A stretch of 64,000 nucleotides of DNA from Armatimonadota bacterium (GTDB lineage Bacteria; Armatimonadota; UBA5829): positions 1,555 to 65,554 of the forward strand of contig JARYME010000003.1 in NCBI GenBank assembly GCA_029907315.1, written 5' to 3'. Below are positions 9,740 to 19,884 of the stretch, piece after piece. Position numbers and translations under genes: made by a program. How positions within the stretch are numbered: position 1 is the first letter of the stretch; every line of letters begins with the position of its first letter. The notes beneath the pieces are model-generated. The model saw only the letters and a list, made by a program, of their open reading frames with translations, was not told the origin of the DNA and ran no database searches.

Positions 9740-10389
9740 CGGACGGTCACCTCCTCGTATATAGATTGGGGCACCCGCAGAATACCTTTCTCGAGTTTAG
9801 CTTCAAAGAATATGGGCGACACTCGTCCGCCCGCTTCATACCTCAATTCGCCCAGCATACGCCCGAGATCCTCGGTGACTTCCACAGGAGACTCAGATCC
9901 GTCGGGCTCAGCAAAGTCGGCACCGAACTCTCGACAGCCTAAGTAAGGTCTGTGCATACACTGCCCGCGTTGTACCCTGCGCCGAAATTGGTCACGATAT
10001 TTGGCAACGTCGGCGTCTGCGTGCGGGCGAAGCTCGATGTCTGCGCGGATGATGTAAGCCACATCTCGGAGAGCCAGTGTATGACGCTGAGCACGGTCTT
10101 CGTCTGCAAAATAGCCGCCCCCATCCGAAACCCACTTGAAAGCGGAGCGGTGGCTTTGTTTGGTGTTGATCTCGTTGCGCAAAATTGAGAAGTAGCGTAT
10201 AGGATTCAACACCCATATTTCGCGTACTCGCCAGTCAAACTCTGGCTTCCAAAAGATAGCCTCGAGTACCCCCCGCGCGGCTGATGGCGTAATCATGGGA
10301 TAACTGACGCGCTCAGCCTTCATTTCGGGACGAGTAAAGCATGCCCACTCACCCCATACTTTGACTTGCAATAGTGGTGAACTTTGCAT
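9736..10389 (-). CDS. cas5: Cas5d (Cas5c), the pre-crRNA-processing Cas5 of type I-C
   Basis: The 217-aa product has VWGEWACFTRPEMKAERVSYPMITPSAARGVLEAIFWKPEF, matching the conserved Cas5d N-terminus. No cas6 is present, which is consistent with a I-C system. Confidence 0.9.
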   Translation of the reverse strand: MQSSPLLQVKVWGEWACFTRPEMKAERVSYPMITPSAARGVLEAIFWKPEFDWRVREIWVLNPIRYFSILRNEINTKQSHRSAFKWVSDGGGYFADEDRAQRHTLALRDVAYIIRADIELRPHADADVAKYRDQFRRRVQRGQCMHRPYLGCREFGADFAEPDGSESPVEVTEDLGRMLGELRYEAGGRVSPIFFEAKLEKGILRVPQSIYEEVTVR

Positions 10390-10430
10390 ATGCTCTTACC
10401 TCCTTCTTATGCTTTGAGACTGCTAGCGCT

Positions 10431-12704
10431 TCACGCAATGAGATCTGCGGGATCCTTCAGGTCCTCGGATAATCCGTATAAGTTACTGTATACACCCTCC
10501 CAAAGGTACAAGCCTTCAGCAACTTTCCTAACAAGCCCCGCCTTGGCGTAGCGATCGAAATCTCGCCGGTAGACACCGACGCAATACTGCTGAAGCGCAC
10601 GCCACTCATGGCGTTCGATGACCCCCGTTCTCTCAACTCGGACAACAATTTCGTCCACGTCCGGTCTGCCGTAGCCCACCACAACTGGAACCGTGTCTTC
10701 CTCGATCATTTTGAAGCGCTCAGCAACAGCCGGGTAGTCGAATGCTTCCCTGAGTACCGTAATCCTGTAAGCATCTAGGTTTAGGTTCTGCCACAGTCGA
10801 GAGAAATACTTTTCGAATACGTTCGGGTCGTGTAGGTTAGTGTTTGGATCGTTCAGCACGTATTCGGCTTCCTTCGACGCAGTAGCGTACGGCCCCTTGG
10901 GCATTCGCTGTGTATCAGGACTGAAGAGAATAACTTCTCCATCGGTTCCGCGCAGGCCCTCTCTATTGCATCTGCCGGCCGCCTGCACGACGCGATCCAG
11001 GGGACCGAACGCCCGCATAACACACTGGAAATCCAAGTCTACGCCAGCTTCGACGACTTGAGTGGACACAACGCGGCACGGTTTACCGCTCTCTAGCCGC
11101 CTTCTGATCTCTTCAATGACTGCACGCCTATGAATCGGACACATCAAAGTAGAAAGATGAAAGACGTCCTCGCCATCAAGTAGTCGGCAAAGATCCAGAG
11201 CGTCTTTCCTAGAATTCACCACACAGAGCACCTGCTCGCGCCGACTGATCTCCTCTGCGACTCGCTCCCACGGCCAGTGACCACGCTCGACTCGATATTG
11301 AACTCTCTTGAGCAGCTGGAAGTAGCGAGGGAAGTCCTCGACTATCTGGACAGTCTTGTCAAAACCGCGGATGTAGCAGCTGTTTTGCGCGAGCGCGGGT
11401 TGGGTAGCTGTGGATAGCACCAAGCTGACACCGTAGTGATCTACAAGGTCGCGAAGTACATCCAGAATAGGTTGCAGTAGCTGCGTCGGTAGTGTCTGAA
11501 CCTCGTCTAGAATGATGACACTGCGAGCCAAATTGTGGAGCTTTCTGCACTTGGAGGTCTTGTTTGAGAATAGACTTTCGAAGAGTTGCACCGTCGTTGT
11601 GACGACGATTGGAACGTCCCAGTTTTCAGCGGCAAGCAGCTGACGTTGAACTTGCTCAGAGTACTCCTCCGATTCATTCAAATCGACAGCGCTGTGGTGC
11701 TCAAGCACGTTATGGTTGCCAAGAATACTCCTGTATACCTGAGCATTCTGATCAATGATGCTTGTGTATGGAATGGCAACTATTACACGCCGGAGACTGT
11801 GGACAAGCGCGTGACGCAGGGCAAAACCCATCGCTGACCGAGTCTTGCCGCCACCGGTAGGCACGGTGAGCAAAAATACGCCCTGCGGTGCCTCCGCTGC
11901 TGCTATGCAGGAAAGGTATATCTCGTGCCTGCATTTGTTGACCAAAGTGTCCGCCGCTTGGCTGAGCAGGTCTTCTTGGTCCCGCTGAAAGCGCTGCCAC
12001 AGTTCGGGAACGGTTGAGCTGTTGAAGCGCTGAACCGTGCGGTCCGGTTCAAAATGCATCTCAGTATCCAAATAGTCCGCATCCACCAAAGCTGAAAAAA
12101 GCATTCGGACGAAAAAGTCCAGGGATTTTTTCTCCGATGTCCACCTCGGCAGTTCCAGCTTACTTGTTGCACGACCTTTGAAAACCTCGTCTGCTAACTT
12201 TGCATAGTTGTCGAGCGTATCCGAATTGGAGACATCCGCAAGTTTGCTCTTGGCCGCGCTTAGAGAAGGCAGCCCTCCGTGATGTCCCAAAATGGGAAGT
12301 GCCAGGACTTGACTCAAACGACAGGCAAGTGCAGCACCGACGACCTTGTGGTCAACAGCAGGCGGCGGTGCAGTTTTGCCGGATAGCTTCGCTTCCCAGC
12401 ATCTGATAAGGTAACGCTGAAACTCCGGCGAGGCCTTTCCCAGGTCATGGCAAGCACCAGCTGCATAACCCAGATCTTGAGCCTCGAACGCCGAAGCAAA
12501 CGACTCAGCAAGCCTTGCTACGTTGTGCAGATGTTCTCTGAGAGGCTGCCACTTACGCGAAAGATTGGGTGTATGAGCGTATTGTTCATTGCTTCCCATT
12601 GTTGACCCCCATTGGTCGTGCCTCGCTTCTAAATGAAGACTAACGGCACATACTTCGTCCTCACAAATAATCTTACTTCTGCTTTCACCAACACCCTCTG
12701 TCAA
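10431..12704 (-). CDS. cas3: Cas3 helicase-nuclease (N-terminal HD domain fused to a DExD/H helicase)
   Basis: The 757-aa product has HD-domain histidines and aspartates near the N-terminus (HDLGKASPEFQ), a Walker A-like TVPTGGGKT, a DEAD-like VIILDEVQTL and C-terminal helicase motifs. It is the first gene of the operon. Confidence 0.9.
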   Translation of the reverse strand: MTEGVGESRSKIICEDEVCAVSLHLEARHDQWGSTMGSNEQYAHTPNLSRKWQPLREHLHNVARLAESFASAFEAQDLGYAAGACHDLGKASPEFQRYLIRCWEAKLSGKTAPPPAVDHKVVGAALACRLSQVLALPILGHHGGLPSLSAAKSKLADVSNSDTLDNYAKLADEVFKGRATSKLELPRWTSEKKSLDFFVRMLFSALVDADYLDTEMHFEPDRTVQRFNSSTVPELWQRFQRDQEDLLSQAADTLVNKCRHEIYLSCIAAAEAPQGVFLLTVPTGGGKTRSAMGFALRHALVHSLRRVIVAIPYTSIIDQNAQVYRSILGNHNVLEHHSAVDLNESEEYSEQVQRQLLAAENWDVPIVVTTTVQLFESLFSNKTSKCRKLHNLARSVIILDEVQTLPTQLLQPILDVLRDLVDHYGVSLVLSTATQPALAQNSCYIRGFDKTVQIVEDFPRYFQLLKRVQYRVERGHWPWERVAEEISRREQVLCVVNSRKDALDLCRLLDGEDVFHLSTLMCPIHRRAVIEEIRRRLESGKPCRVVSTQVVEAGVDLDFQCVMRAFGPLDRVVQAAGRCNREGLRGTDGEVILFSPDTQRMPKGPYATASKEAEYVLNDPNTNLHDPNVFEKYFSRLWQNLNLDAYRITVLREAFDYPAVAERFKMIEEDTVPVVVGYGRPDVDEIVVRVERTGVIERHEWRALQQYCVGVYRRDFDRYAKAGLVRKVAEGLYLWEGVYSNLYGLSEDLKDPADLIA

Positions 12705-12867
12705 AATCTGTCAGTTCTTTTTACATCTGTCTGAAGGCCGGTTTTGGGAGAGTAACAACATCCTAAGGCACATCCAGCTGGCGTCGGATAGCTCCGTGTT
12801 GACGAGCAGAAGGAAAAACTTCGACGGGTGTGGTATGTAGATAACGTTCACAGGAGGTTTTCTGCGA

Positions 12868-13830
12868 ATGATTGAAGAGATACGCACAGAGGCGCTTGAC
12901 CCTGAAAAGTTCATTCAAGAGAAGATTCACGAGATAAGAGAAATTGTAGGTGACGGAACAGCGATCAACGCACTTTCGGGTGGTGTCGACTCCTCAGTCG
13001 TAACCGTTCTAGGCCACAGAGCTTTGGGCGATCGCCTGAAGAGTGTGTTTGTAGACAATGGACTTATGCGCGAAGGCGAACCGGAAGAGGTCGTCAATCG
13101 GTTTCGCAACTTGGGAATCCCAGTGGAAATGGTCGATGCCCGCGAAGAATTCTTCGCGGCCCTGAAGGGGATCACCGATCCGGAAGAAAAGCGAGAAGCA
13201 ATAACTCAGACGTTCTATAAACACGTTTTTGGACGCATTGTCCGTGAAAGCGGTGCGAAGTTTCTCCTGCAGGGGACGATCTTAACGGACGTAGATGAGA
13301 CGGTCGCGGGTATAAAGCGGCAGCACAACGTGTTCGAGCAGTTGGGAATCAATCCTCAGGAAGCATTCGGATATCAGATAATCGAACCGCTCATCCAGCT
13401 GCGCAAGGACGGCGTGCGCAAAGTGGGCGAGGCATTGGGCTTGCCCAGAGAAGTGTTCGAACGCATCCCATTCCCAGGCCCAGCACTGGCAGCAAGAGTT
13501 GTGGGCGAAGTAACGCCGGAAAGAATAGAAACCGTACGCAAGGCTACATCTGTTGTGGAACGCCTCTTGAAAGACACTGGGGCGTTTCAGTACATGGCCA
13601 TCCTACACGCGGACAAAATGACCGGCATGAGAAACGGCAAACGCGACTTTGGCCAGCAGATAGAGGTCAGGTGCTGGGACAGCGTAGACGGCCGCACGGC
13701 AACTCCGACGAAGCTACCGTTTGAAAAACTTGAGGACCTCGCCAATGCCATAATCAGCGAGGTCCCCGGTATCGTAAGCGTCACCTACAACATAGCTCCG
13801 AAGCCGCCATCCACTATAGAAGCCGTATGA
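12868..13830 (+). CDS. guaAB: GMP synthase (glutamine-hydrolysing) subunit B. This is the archaeal-type split GuaAB PP-loop ATP pyrophosphatase.
   Basis: The 320-aa product has the PP-loop ALSGGVDSSV and strong similarity along its length to stand-alone GuaA subunit B (VFVDNGLMREGEPEEVV, ALKGITDPEEKR, QGTI...D). An RBS, AGGAGG, lies upstream of the start. Confidence 0.75.
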   Translation: MIEEIRTEALDPEKFIQEKIHEIREIVGDGTAINALSGGVDSSVVTVLGHRALGDRLKSVFVDNGLMREGEPEEVVNRFRNLGIPVEMVDAREEFFAALKGITDPEEKREAITQTFYKHVFGRIVRESGAKFLLQGTILTDVDETVAGIKRQHNVFEQLGINPQEAFGYQIIEPLIQLRKDGVRKVGEALGLPREVFERIPFPGPALAARVVGEVTPERIETVRKATSVVERLLKDTGAFQYMAILHADKMTGMRNGKRDFGQQIEVRCWDSVDGRTATPTKLPFEKLEDLANAIISEVPGIVSVTYNIAPKPPSTIEAV

Positions 13831-13834
13831 TCCG

Positions 13835-15838
13835 CTACGGGGTGTAGAAACCGAGACGCTGTGCCACGCCTGTCATCTCCTTGATCATATTGCTGATGAC
13901 CTCCACGGGCTTATCTGTAAAGCGCGGGTCGAATTTGTTCAACACCACGGTGTCTTCCCATTTAGGCAAGGCTGCGCGGGCTTGTTTCAACCCAGCAATG
14001 TACTGCCTGAACCAGTAGTTCGCAACGTCTCTGCGAATCGGCGGGACACCGCCCGGCCGAACAATTTGTTTCAGTTCGTATAGGGCTTTTATCGCCCGTA
14101 TATAGCCGTCGATAACTAGGCTCTCATACCAGATGCTGGGTATTCCCAATTCTTTCGCCAGCTTCACCCCCCGTGCGGCAGCCTTTACATCGTTGTTTAA
14201 CTGTGCTTCGTCGGCGATGTTACCCCACGGAGACGGGTACGCATCCCACAGTATGAATCCGAGAGGCGGAAGCTCGCCTTTTTCCAACCGCTGAGCCACC
14301 GTACCCATCGATCGCCTCAGCTCCTCATTCGGAAATCCCGAACCGAAAACGTCCCATCCGACTGGCCCCATTGTCTCAGACCATTCCGCAAACTTTTCCG
14401 GATCCTTCCAGCCCTGGCGAACTGCATAGGAATACGCGAACTCCTTCGGCGTGCGTCCTCTGAGATTCCAGGTCCATTCGGCAGCGGCCTCGACATTGAA
14501 CCTGTAGTAATGCACACGAGGTGTCGCGTAGCCGATCATGCCCGAGAGTCCCTTTGTCACGAACTCGTTCATCCGATAATGGATAAAATGTGCTCCTGTA
14601 AATGGTTCGCAGAAACCGACAGTCGGGCTTAGGTTCGGAACAACACCGACCCACCTACCGCGCTCCGCCTCGTCAGCAATGTACTTCCTGAGCATCGGAC
14701 GTCGAAAGGTATTGTATGTCAGCAGGCTGTGGTAATACGCAATTTCAACCTCAGGCGGGATTTCGCGGAAAACCTCGAAATTGCAGAACTCAGTCGACTC
14801 AGCCGTCATGATGCGCAGCTTGAAGGGTCTACCCAACCTTTCCTGAGCTTTCCGCCAAGCATTCACTATCGCACGAGCTTCCAAAACCGGCCACGGTTTG
14901 CCGGTTGCCTTGCACTTTTCACATTGGCAGCCCACCGCTCCTCCCAAATTCTCAGTCATCCAGGTATCTACACTTGTCACATTGGGCAGGCTGGCAAGCT
15001 GAACCATCCATTCAGCCAGTGCTTCCACGACTTCCGGCTGCGAATAGCACATTACACCGTGGTGAGTTGATCCTTTGCCCTTGACCTGTGGGTAAACCTG
15101 CATTATGTGACCGGACGACTGCTCAAGATGCAGGATTACTGGGCTGAATTCGATTCCATAGCGCGGTCCTTCTGTCACGAGCGGCTCTCGACCCTCCTTC
15201 AGTTTCGCGAAGAGCTTGCCATTCTGATCCACCCCAAGAGCTGATATTTGCTCCATCAGGTTCATCTTCCTATCGCCTAACCACTCTAGGTGAGCGAAAT
15301 TGTCCGTTCCCCATAGGCCCCTTTTCTGCATATCAGGCCAATCCAACACTTCGAGAACTGGCATCGTAAGGCTGTCAGCTGTCTTCTTGGCACTGACCAA
15401 CTGTTGCAGAGTTTTCGCTGCATAGTAGAGCCCTCGGGAACTAAGAGCAATGAGTTTTATATTCTTCTCGTCGGGTGTTGTAATTCTGTATGCTTGGTCG
15501 GCATTCTTGAGGTCTTTCAAGGATTCTGAGCCTGGTCCGCCAACTGTTAGAGTCACAGTAAATGCTGCGTCGGCATCTCCCTCTCCACCGAAAAGTTCAG
15601 CAAGCTCTTTAACAGCTTGGTCGACAACTATGTCCTTCGGCGCCTCACAGACGATTCTCACCTTGTGGACAGGCACGATTACCTTAGCGTAGAGCTTGAT
15701 GGATTTCGGAAGTGGCACCGTGTACCGTATCCAGTTTGTCGCTTCGTCCGTAGTGAGCGTCGATGCCGACACCTGGCCAGCCACTGCACACAGCATTACC
15801 AATGCGCTCAATACTGCGGACAACAAGTTGCGAAACAC
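13835..15838 (-). CDS. Secreted glycoside hydrolase family 20-like protein (beta-N-acetylhexosaminidase-like)
   Basis: There is an N-terminal signal peptide. A GH20 domain-2-like motif, GLYYAAKTLQQLV, is followed by a DWPDMQKRGLWGTD block resembling the D-x-P-R-F-x-x-RG-x-x-LD start of the GH20 catalytic domain. Confidence 0.45.
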   Translation of the reverse strand: MFRNLLSAVLSALVMLCAVAGQVSASTLTTDEATNWIRYTVPLPKSIKLYAKVIVPVHKVRIVCEAPKDIVVDQAVKELAELFGGEGDADAAFTVTLTVGGPGSESLKDLKNADQAYRITTPDEKNIKLIALSSRGLYYAAKTLQQLVSAKKTADSLTMPVLEVLDWPDMQKRGLWGTDNFAHLEWLGDRKMNLMEQISALGVDQNGKLFAKLKEGREPLVTEGPRYGIEFSPVILHLEQSSGHIMQVYPQVKGKGSTHHGVMCYSQPEVVEALAEWMVQLASLPNVTSVDTWMTENLGGAVGCQCEKCKATGKPWPVLEARAIVNAWRKAQERLGRPFKLRIMTAESTEFCNFEVFREIPPEVEIAYYHSLLTYNTFRRPMLRKYIADEAERGRWVGVVPNLSPTVGFCEPFTGAHFIHYRMNEFVTKGLSGMIGYATPRVHYYRFNVEAAAEWTWNLRGRTPKEFAYSYAVRQGWKDPEKFAEWSETMGPVGWDVFGSGFPNEELRRSMGTVAQRLEKGELPPLGFILWDAYPSPWGNIADEAQLNNDVKAAARGVKLAKELGIPSIWYESLVIDGYIRAIKALYELKQIVRPGGVPPIRRDVANYWFRQYIAGLKQARAALPKWEDTVVLNKFDPRFTDKPVEVISNMIKEMTGVAQRLGFYTP

Positions 15839-15969
15839 AGCCGTGCTCCTCCTAATTTTGAGATTGATAGTATGGTCGTATGAATGATACTAACACTTGT
15901 TGCAGTCGTTCGCAAGTATCTGAAAGAAGCACTCTCTAGGTGCGTACTGAGCGTTTGAACCGGTCGGCC

Positions 15970-16012
15970 CAACAAAACGGGCTCCGGACACATTTTCCCT
16001 AATCCGGAGCCC
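15970..16012 (-). terminator. Rho-independent terminator downstream of groEL. It has a perfect 10-bp stem (GGGCTCCGGA / TCCGGAGCCC) followed on the minus strand by GTTTTGTTGGG.
   Basis: The inverted repeat at 15979-15988 and 16003-16012 was read directly. On the transcribed (minus) strand the U-rich tract follows the stem. Confidence 0.6.
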
Positions 16013-16063
16013 GCAGTAGAACCTAAACTCGCATTATTTGTGAGTTCTCATAAATGGAAGCCG

Positions 16064-17680
16064 TTACATCGCACCACTTGGCGGTGTGCTTGCCGGCTCC
16101 TTCTTCTCAGGCTTCTCCACCACGACCGCTTCGGTAGTAAGTAGCATCGATGCGATACTTGCAGCGTTTTCAAGAGCGATTCGCGTCACCTTAGCGGGAT
16201 CGACAATACCTGCTTCCAAAAGATCCTCGAACTTGCCTGTCATAGCGTTGTAACCCCAGCCTGGCTTACCCGCGCTCTTGATCTGCTCGACAATCACAGA
16301 TCCTTCAACGCCCGCGTTCTCCGCAATACGCCGAGCAGGCTCCTCGAGCGCCTTCTTCACTATACGCACGCCGATCTGCTCGTCTCCGTTTACCTCGATC
16401 TTGTCCAGAGCTGGTATCACGCTAAGCAGTGTAACACCGCCGCCCGGCACGATACCTTCCTCGACCGCTGCCCGCGTGGACGAAACGGCGTCTTCGATGC
16501 GCGCCTTCTTCTCCTTGAGCTCAGTCTCAGTGGCAGCACCTACTTGTATGACAGCCACACCACCTGAGAGCTTAGCCAGTCGTTCCTGGAGCTTCTCGCG
16601 GTCGTAGTTGGACTCCGTTTTTTCCAGCTCAGCCTTGATCTGCGCAATTCTTCCCTTTATAGCCTCAGGGCTACCCTTACCCTCGACTATCGTGGTTTTC
16701 TCTTTCTCAATAATGACTCTCTTCGCCTGGCCGAGCATATTGATGTCGACGGATTCCAGCTTCACACCGAGATCCTCAGTGATAAACGTGCCACCTGTAA
16801 GAATTGCGATGTCCTGCATCATCGCCTTGCGTCTGTCGCCGAAACCAGGCGCTTTGACTGCGGCCGCGTTCAGGGTTCCGCGTAGCTTGTTGACGACCAG
16901 AGTTGCCAGCGCTTCGCCTTCCATATCCTCGCAGATTACGACCAGCGGGCGGCCAACCTGAAGCACCTTTTCGAGAAGAGGCACAATATCCTGAGCAGCC
17001 GAAATCTTCTTCTCATACAGCAGTATGAGCGGGTCTTCCAGGATAGCTTCCATGCGTTCAGGATCGGTGATCATATACGGAGAAATGTAGCCCTTGTCAA
17101 ACTGCAGTCCTTCGACCCACTCCAGCGAAGTGGTGGTACCCTTGGATTCCTCGGTGGTAATTACGCCGTCCTTGCCAACTTTTTCCATTGCGTCGGCCAC
17201 AAGTTCGCCGATCTCTTTGTCGTTAGCTGAAATGCTCGCGACCTGTGCAATCTCTTCGCGCTTCTTGACAGGCTTGGCAACCTTCTTGATCTCTTCTACG
17301 GCAACCGCGACGGCTTTTTCGATACCACGCTTGAGAGCCATCGGATTAGCTCCAGCAGCGACAGCCAACATGCCTTCGTGAACCATAGCTTGCGCAAGTA
17401 CCGTCGCGGTAGTCGTGCCGTCACCTGCGACATCGTTAGTTTTAGAAGCAACCTCGCGGAGGAGTTGCGCACCGACGTTTTCGAATTTGTCCTCGAGTTC
17501 TATCTCCTTGGCGATAGTTACACCATCGTTGATGACAGTAGGACTTCCGTACTTCTTCTCGATCATCGCGTAGCGGCCCCTAGGACCGAGAGTGACCGCA
17601 ACCGCGTTTGCAAGGGTGTCTACACCCTTTTCGAGAGCTCGACGAGCTTCTTCGTCAAACTTCAGTTCCTTTGCCGGCAT
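16064..17680 (-). CDS. groL: Chaperonin GroEL (60 kDa)
   Basis: The 538-aa product starts [36 protein letters not shown] and contains [12 protein letters not shown], the unmistakable GroEL sequence. Confidence 0.98.
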   Translation of the reverse strand: MPAKELKFDEEARRALEKGVDTLANAVAVTLGPRGRYAMIEKKYGSPTVINDGVTIAKEIELEDKFENVGAQLLREVASKTNDVAGDGTTTATVLAQAMVHEGMLAVAAGANPMALKRGIEKAVAVAVEEIKKVAKPVKKREEIAQVASISANDKEIGELVADAMEKVGKDGVITTEESKGTTTSLEWVEGLQFDKGYISPYMITDPERMEAILEDPLILLYEKKISAAQDIVPLLEKVLQVGRPLVVICEDMEGEALATLVVNKLRGTLNAAAVKAPGFGDRRKAMMQDIAILTGGTFITEDLGVKLESVDINMLGQAKRVIIEKEKTTIVEGKGSPEAIKGRIAQIKAELEKTESNYDREKLQERLAKLSGGVAVIQVGAATETELKEKKARIEDAVSSTRAAVEEGIVPGGGVTLLSVIPALDKIEVNGDEQIGVRIVKKALEEPARRIAENAGVEGSVIVEQIKSAGKPGWGYNAMTGKFEDLLEAGIVDPAKVTRIALENAASIASMLLTTEAVVVEKPEKKEPASTPPSGAM

Positions 17681-17699
17681 CCTCTGTCACCTCCCGTGT

Positions 17700-18023
17700 T
17701 TACTTGTCCTCCTTGCAGCAGCAGCTCTGCTTCTTCTCAGTCTCGAGAATTGCCAAGACGTCATCTTGCCGAAGAATCACATACTCTTCCGTGCCCACCT
17801 TGACCTCTGTACCAGCATACTTGCCATAGATGACGCGATCGCCGACTTTAACGTCCATCGGCACCTTCTTTCCCGACGACAGCTGAGTGCCCGGTCCAAC
17901 AGCTATGACATCGCCCTCTTGGGGCTTTTCCTTGGCACTATCGGGCAACACAATACCACCTGCCGTCATCTCTTCAGCAGAAACCGGTTTAACAATAATT
18001 CTGTCTCCTAACGGCTTGAGCAT
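17700..18023 (-). CDS. groS: Co-chaperonin GroES. The start was trimmed to [13 protein letters not shown]; the ORF-track N-terminal extension is probably spurious.
   Basis: The product carries the GroES motif [11 protein letters not shown]...[16 protein letters not shown]. It lies immediately upstream of groEL. Confidence 0.93.
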   Translation of the reverse strand: MLKPLGDRIIVKPVSAEEMTAGGIVLPDSAKEKPQEGDVIAVGPGTQLSSGKKVPMDVKVGDRVIYGKYAGTEVKVGTEEYVILRQDDVLAILETEKKQSCCCKEDK

Positions 18024-18063
18024 ATTTGTTCCTCCTCCCATCAGGATGTGCAAGATGCACGGA

Positions 18064-18090
18064 TTGGCACTCTCTATGTTAGAGTGCTAA
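18064..18090. promoter_or_regulatory. CIRCE operator (the HrcA binding site), TTGGCACTC-N9-GAGTGCTAA, upstream of groES
   Basis: This matches the CIRCE consensus TTAGCACTC-N9-GAGTGCTAA with one mismatch. It lies about 40 bp upstream of the groES start. Confidence 0.85.
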
Positions 18091-18234
18091 TCCGGAAGTT
18101 ATTTTATACGTACCATACCCACTTCGGCAAGTACCTATAACAGGACTGGGCCACTCTAGGAGCAAAGGGACTTACACCGTGAGCGGGAAGAACGAACCCA
18201 CCTGGAGAAATCCGGTCGCTAAAGCTGGAATCGC

Positions 18235-18504
18235 CTAGTGGACGCCGAGTCTCGCCCTGATCTCTTCTGCCGTCAAGCCGCTTACCGCAACCAGTTTCTC
18301 TCGGCTTCTCTCGCCGTTGACGATTCTAACGTCGCTTTTGCGAACTTGAAGGACGTTTGCGAGGAACTTCACCAACGCCTCATTAGCGGCGCCTTCTAGC
18401 GGCGGGGATGTTACCTTAACACAAAGAGCGTCTCCCCGCCACCCCACAATCTCGTTCTTTGAACCCCGTGGGATAACGCGGACTTTTACAGTGTCGTCGG
18501 CCAT
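18235..18504 (-). CDS. DUF167 (YggU/UPF0235) family protein
   Basis: The 89-aa product is typical DUF167 sequence (VRVIPRGSKNEIVG...ALCVKVTSPPLEGAANEALVKFLA). Confidence 0.7.
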   Translation of the reverse strand: MADDTVKVRVIPRGSKNEIVGWRGDALCVKVTSPPLEGAANEALVKFLANVLQVRKSDVRIVNGERSREKLVAVSGLTAEEIRARLGVH

Positions 18505-18540
18505 GCTTCCGATAACCCTATCCTTCGGCTCTGCAACTAA

Positions 18541-18930
18541 TCAGCCCCTCATAAGGCGTCTCAGCATCTTGTCGGGGTCCCATCTAGGTCTATCTGCGTG
18601 CCACGCGATGAAGATGTGGCCCTGGTAGACCAGCTCGCCGGTATCGCCGATTTCCACCCAATCCCAAACATCATCATGAACTTCGAATTCTCGGTGCTCA
18701 CCGTCCTCGCACGCGAAGACCAAGGCTTTTCGGGTGTACTCCATTCGCATTTCCAGTGGATCAATGTCTTGGGTGCCCAATTTGTCGACAATCTGAGCGC
18801 GTATACTGCGCGGCTTTTGGCGTCTGCTGCGTATGTAGGGTCCCCACCCTTTTACTAGCGCGTAGATCACTATACACCACATGCATACGATCCACGCGAC
18901 GACAACAAAAATAACTACCCACCTACCCAT
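18541..18930 (-). CDS. Hypothetical membrane-anchored protein
   Basis: The product has an N-terminal hydrophobic helix (WVVIFVVVAWIVCMWCIVIYALV) followed by a soluble domain. No family was recognised. Confidence 0.5.
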   Translation of the reverse strand: MGRWVVIFVVVAWIVCMWCIVIYALVKGWGPYIRSRRQKPRSIRAQIVDKLGTQDIDPLEMRMEYTRKALVFACEDGEHREFEVHDDVWDWVEIGDTGELVYQGHIFIAWHADRPRWDPDKMLRRLMRG

Positions 18931-19054
18931 AACGCTTACAGTTTACACAATCGCCTTGCAGCCGTCGAGCGCAGTACCCCGCTTGTTTGACACCAAATCG
19001 CTCTGTGCCTATAATCAAACGCGGCGGCACAGAGCACATAAGAGGATACTTGCT

Positions 19055-19780
19055 ATGCTGAGACCGGAAGACTTTTTCGATCTTCAAGGGTTGGAGTTTC
19101 GAGCCGTGTTTGACGGCTGCGACAAAGTCTGGGAAGCTCTTCTGAATGTCGGCAGGTTTGTACTGCAGTATATAACTAGTATTGACCCGGACGATATGAT
19201 TCGCGGCAAAGTTATGCCCGGGGCACATATTGATGATCGAGACGCGGTAGTTATAGGCGAGGGCACAGTTGTCGAGCCTGGTGTGTTCATAATGGGACCT
19301 GCGATCATAGGCAAGAACTGCCAGATAAGACACGGCGCTTACATTCGCGGCGACGTAATTGTAGGCAACAACTGTATAGTGGGACACGCGTCAGAGCTTA
19401 AGAACTGCATAATGCTCGATACCGCACAGTGCCCTCATTTCGCTTACGTGGGTGACAGCATTCTCGGAAGAAACGTTAATCTCGGTGCGGGCACAAAGTT
19501 GTCAAATGTTCCTGTCTTAAGCGTGAAGGATCCAGTGACTGGAAAGCGACCTTCGATCAAGCTCACTATCGACAATGTAGAGTACGATACGGGACTACAA
19601 AAATTCGGAGCAATAATCGGCGATGGATGTCAACTCGGCTGCAACGTAGTGACGAATCCAGGTTGCTTGATTGGCAAAAACACCCTGGTCTATCCTTGTG
19701 TATCGCTGCGAAAAGGATACTATCCGCCGAACACGATCATAAAGCTGTCCCAGGACGTCACGGCTGTCGAACGAAAGTAA
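19055..19780 (+). CDS. Hexapeptide-repeat (left-handed beta-helix) nucleotidyl/acyl-transferase family protein. The start was taken at MLRPEDFF.
   Basis: Repeated [LIV]-G-x-x-x-x hexapeptides are visible (IGEGTVVEPGVFIMGPAIIGKNCQIRHGAYIRGDVIVGNNCIVGHASEL). The 5' end of the longer track ORF overlaps the upstream gene and was rejected. Confidence 0.65.
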   Translation: MLRPEDFFDLQGLEFRAVFDGCDKVWEALLNVGRFVLQYITSIDPDDMIRGKVMPGAHIDDRDAVVIGEGTVVEPGVFIMGPAIIGKNCQIRHGAYIRGDVIVGNNCIVGHASELKNCIMLDTAQCPHFAYVGDSILGRNVNLGAGTKLSNVPVLSVKDPVTGKRPSIKLTIDNVEYDTGLQKFGAIIGDGCQLGCNVVTNPGCLIGKNTLVYPCVSLRKGYYPPNTIIKLSQDVTAVERK

Positions 19781-19884
19781 CTTCCACACCCCTGCGGCCG
19801 CTTTGATTTGGGCGGCACACCGCAGTAACCTACACACCGCAGCAATCTAAAGCTGCTTAGTGCTACCTTCGGCTCTACTCGGAA

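Noticed and set aside
12705-12867. Riboswitch (purine or ZTP) upstream of the guaAB-like gene
   Set aside because: No conserved riboswitch core sequences (for example a purine-riboswitch U-rich junction with a conserved pairing C/U) were recognisable. The region more likely holds divergent promoters for cas3 and guaAB.
18881-19054. Upstream extension of the hexapeptide-transferase ORF (MHTIHATTTKITTHLPITL...)
   Set aside because: It overlaps the convergent membrane-protein gene at 18541-18930 and is low complexity. An internal ATG at 19055 begins the conserved domain.
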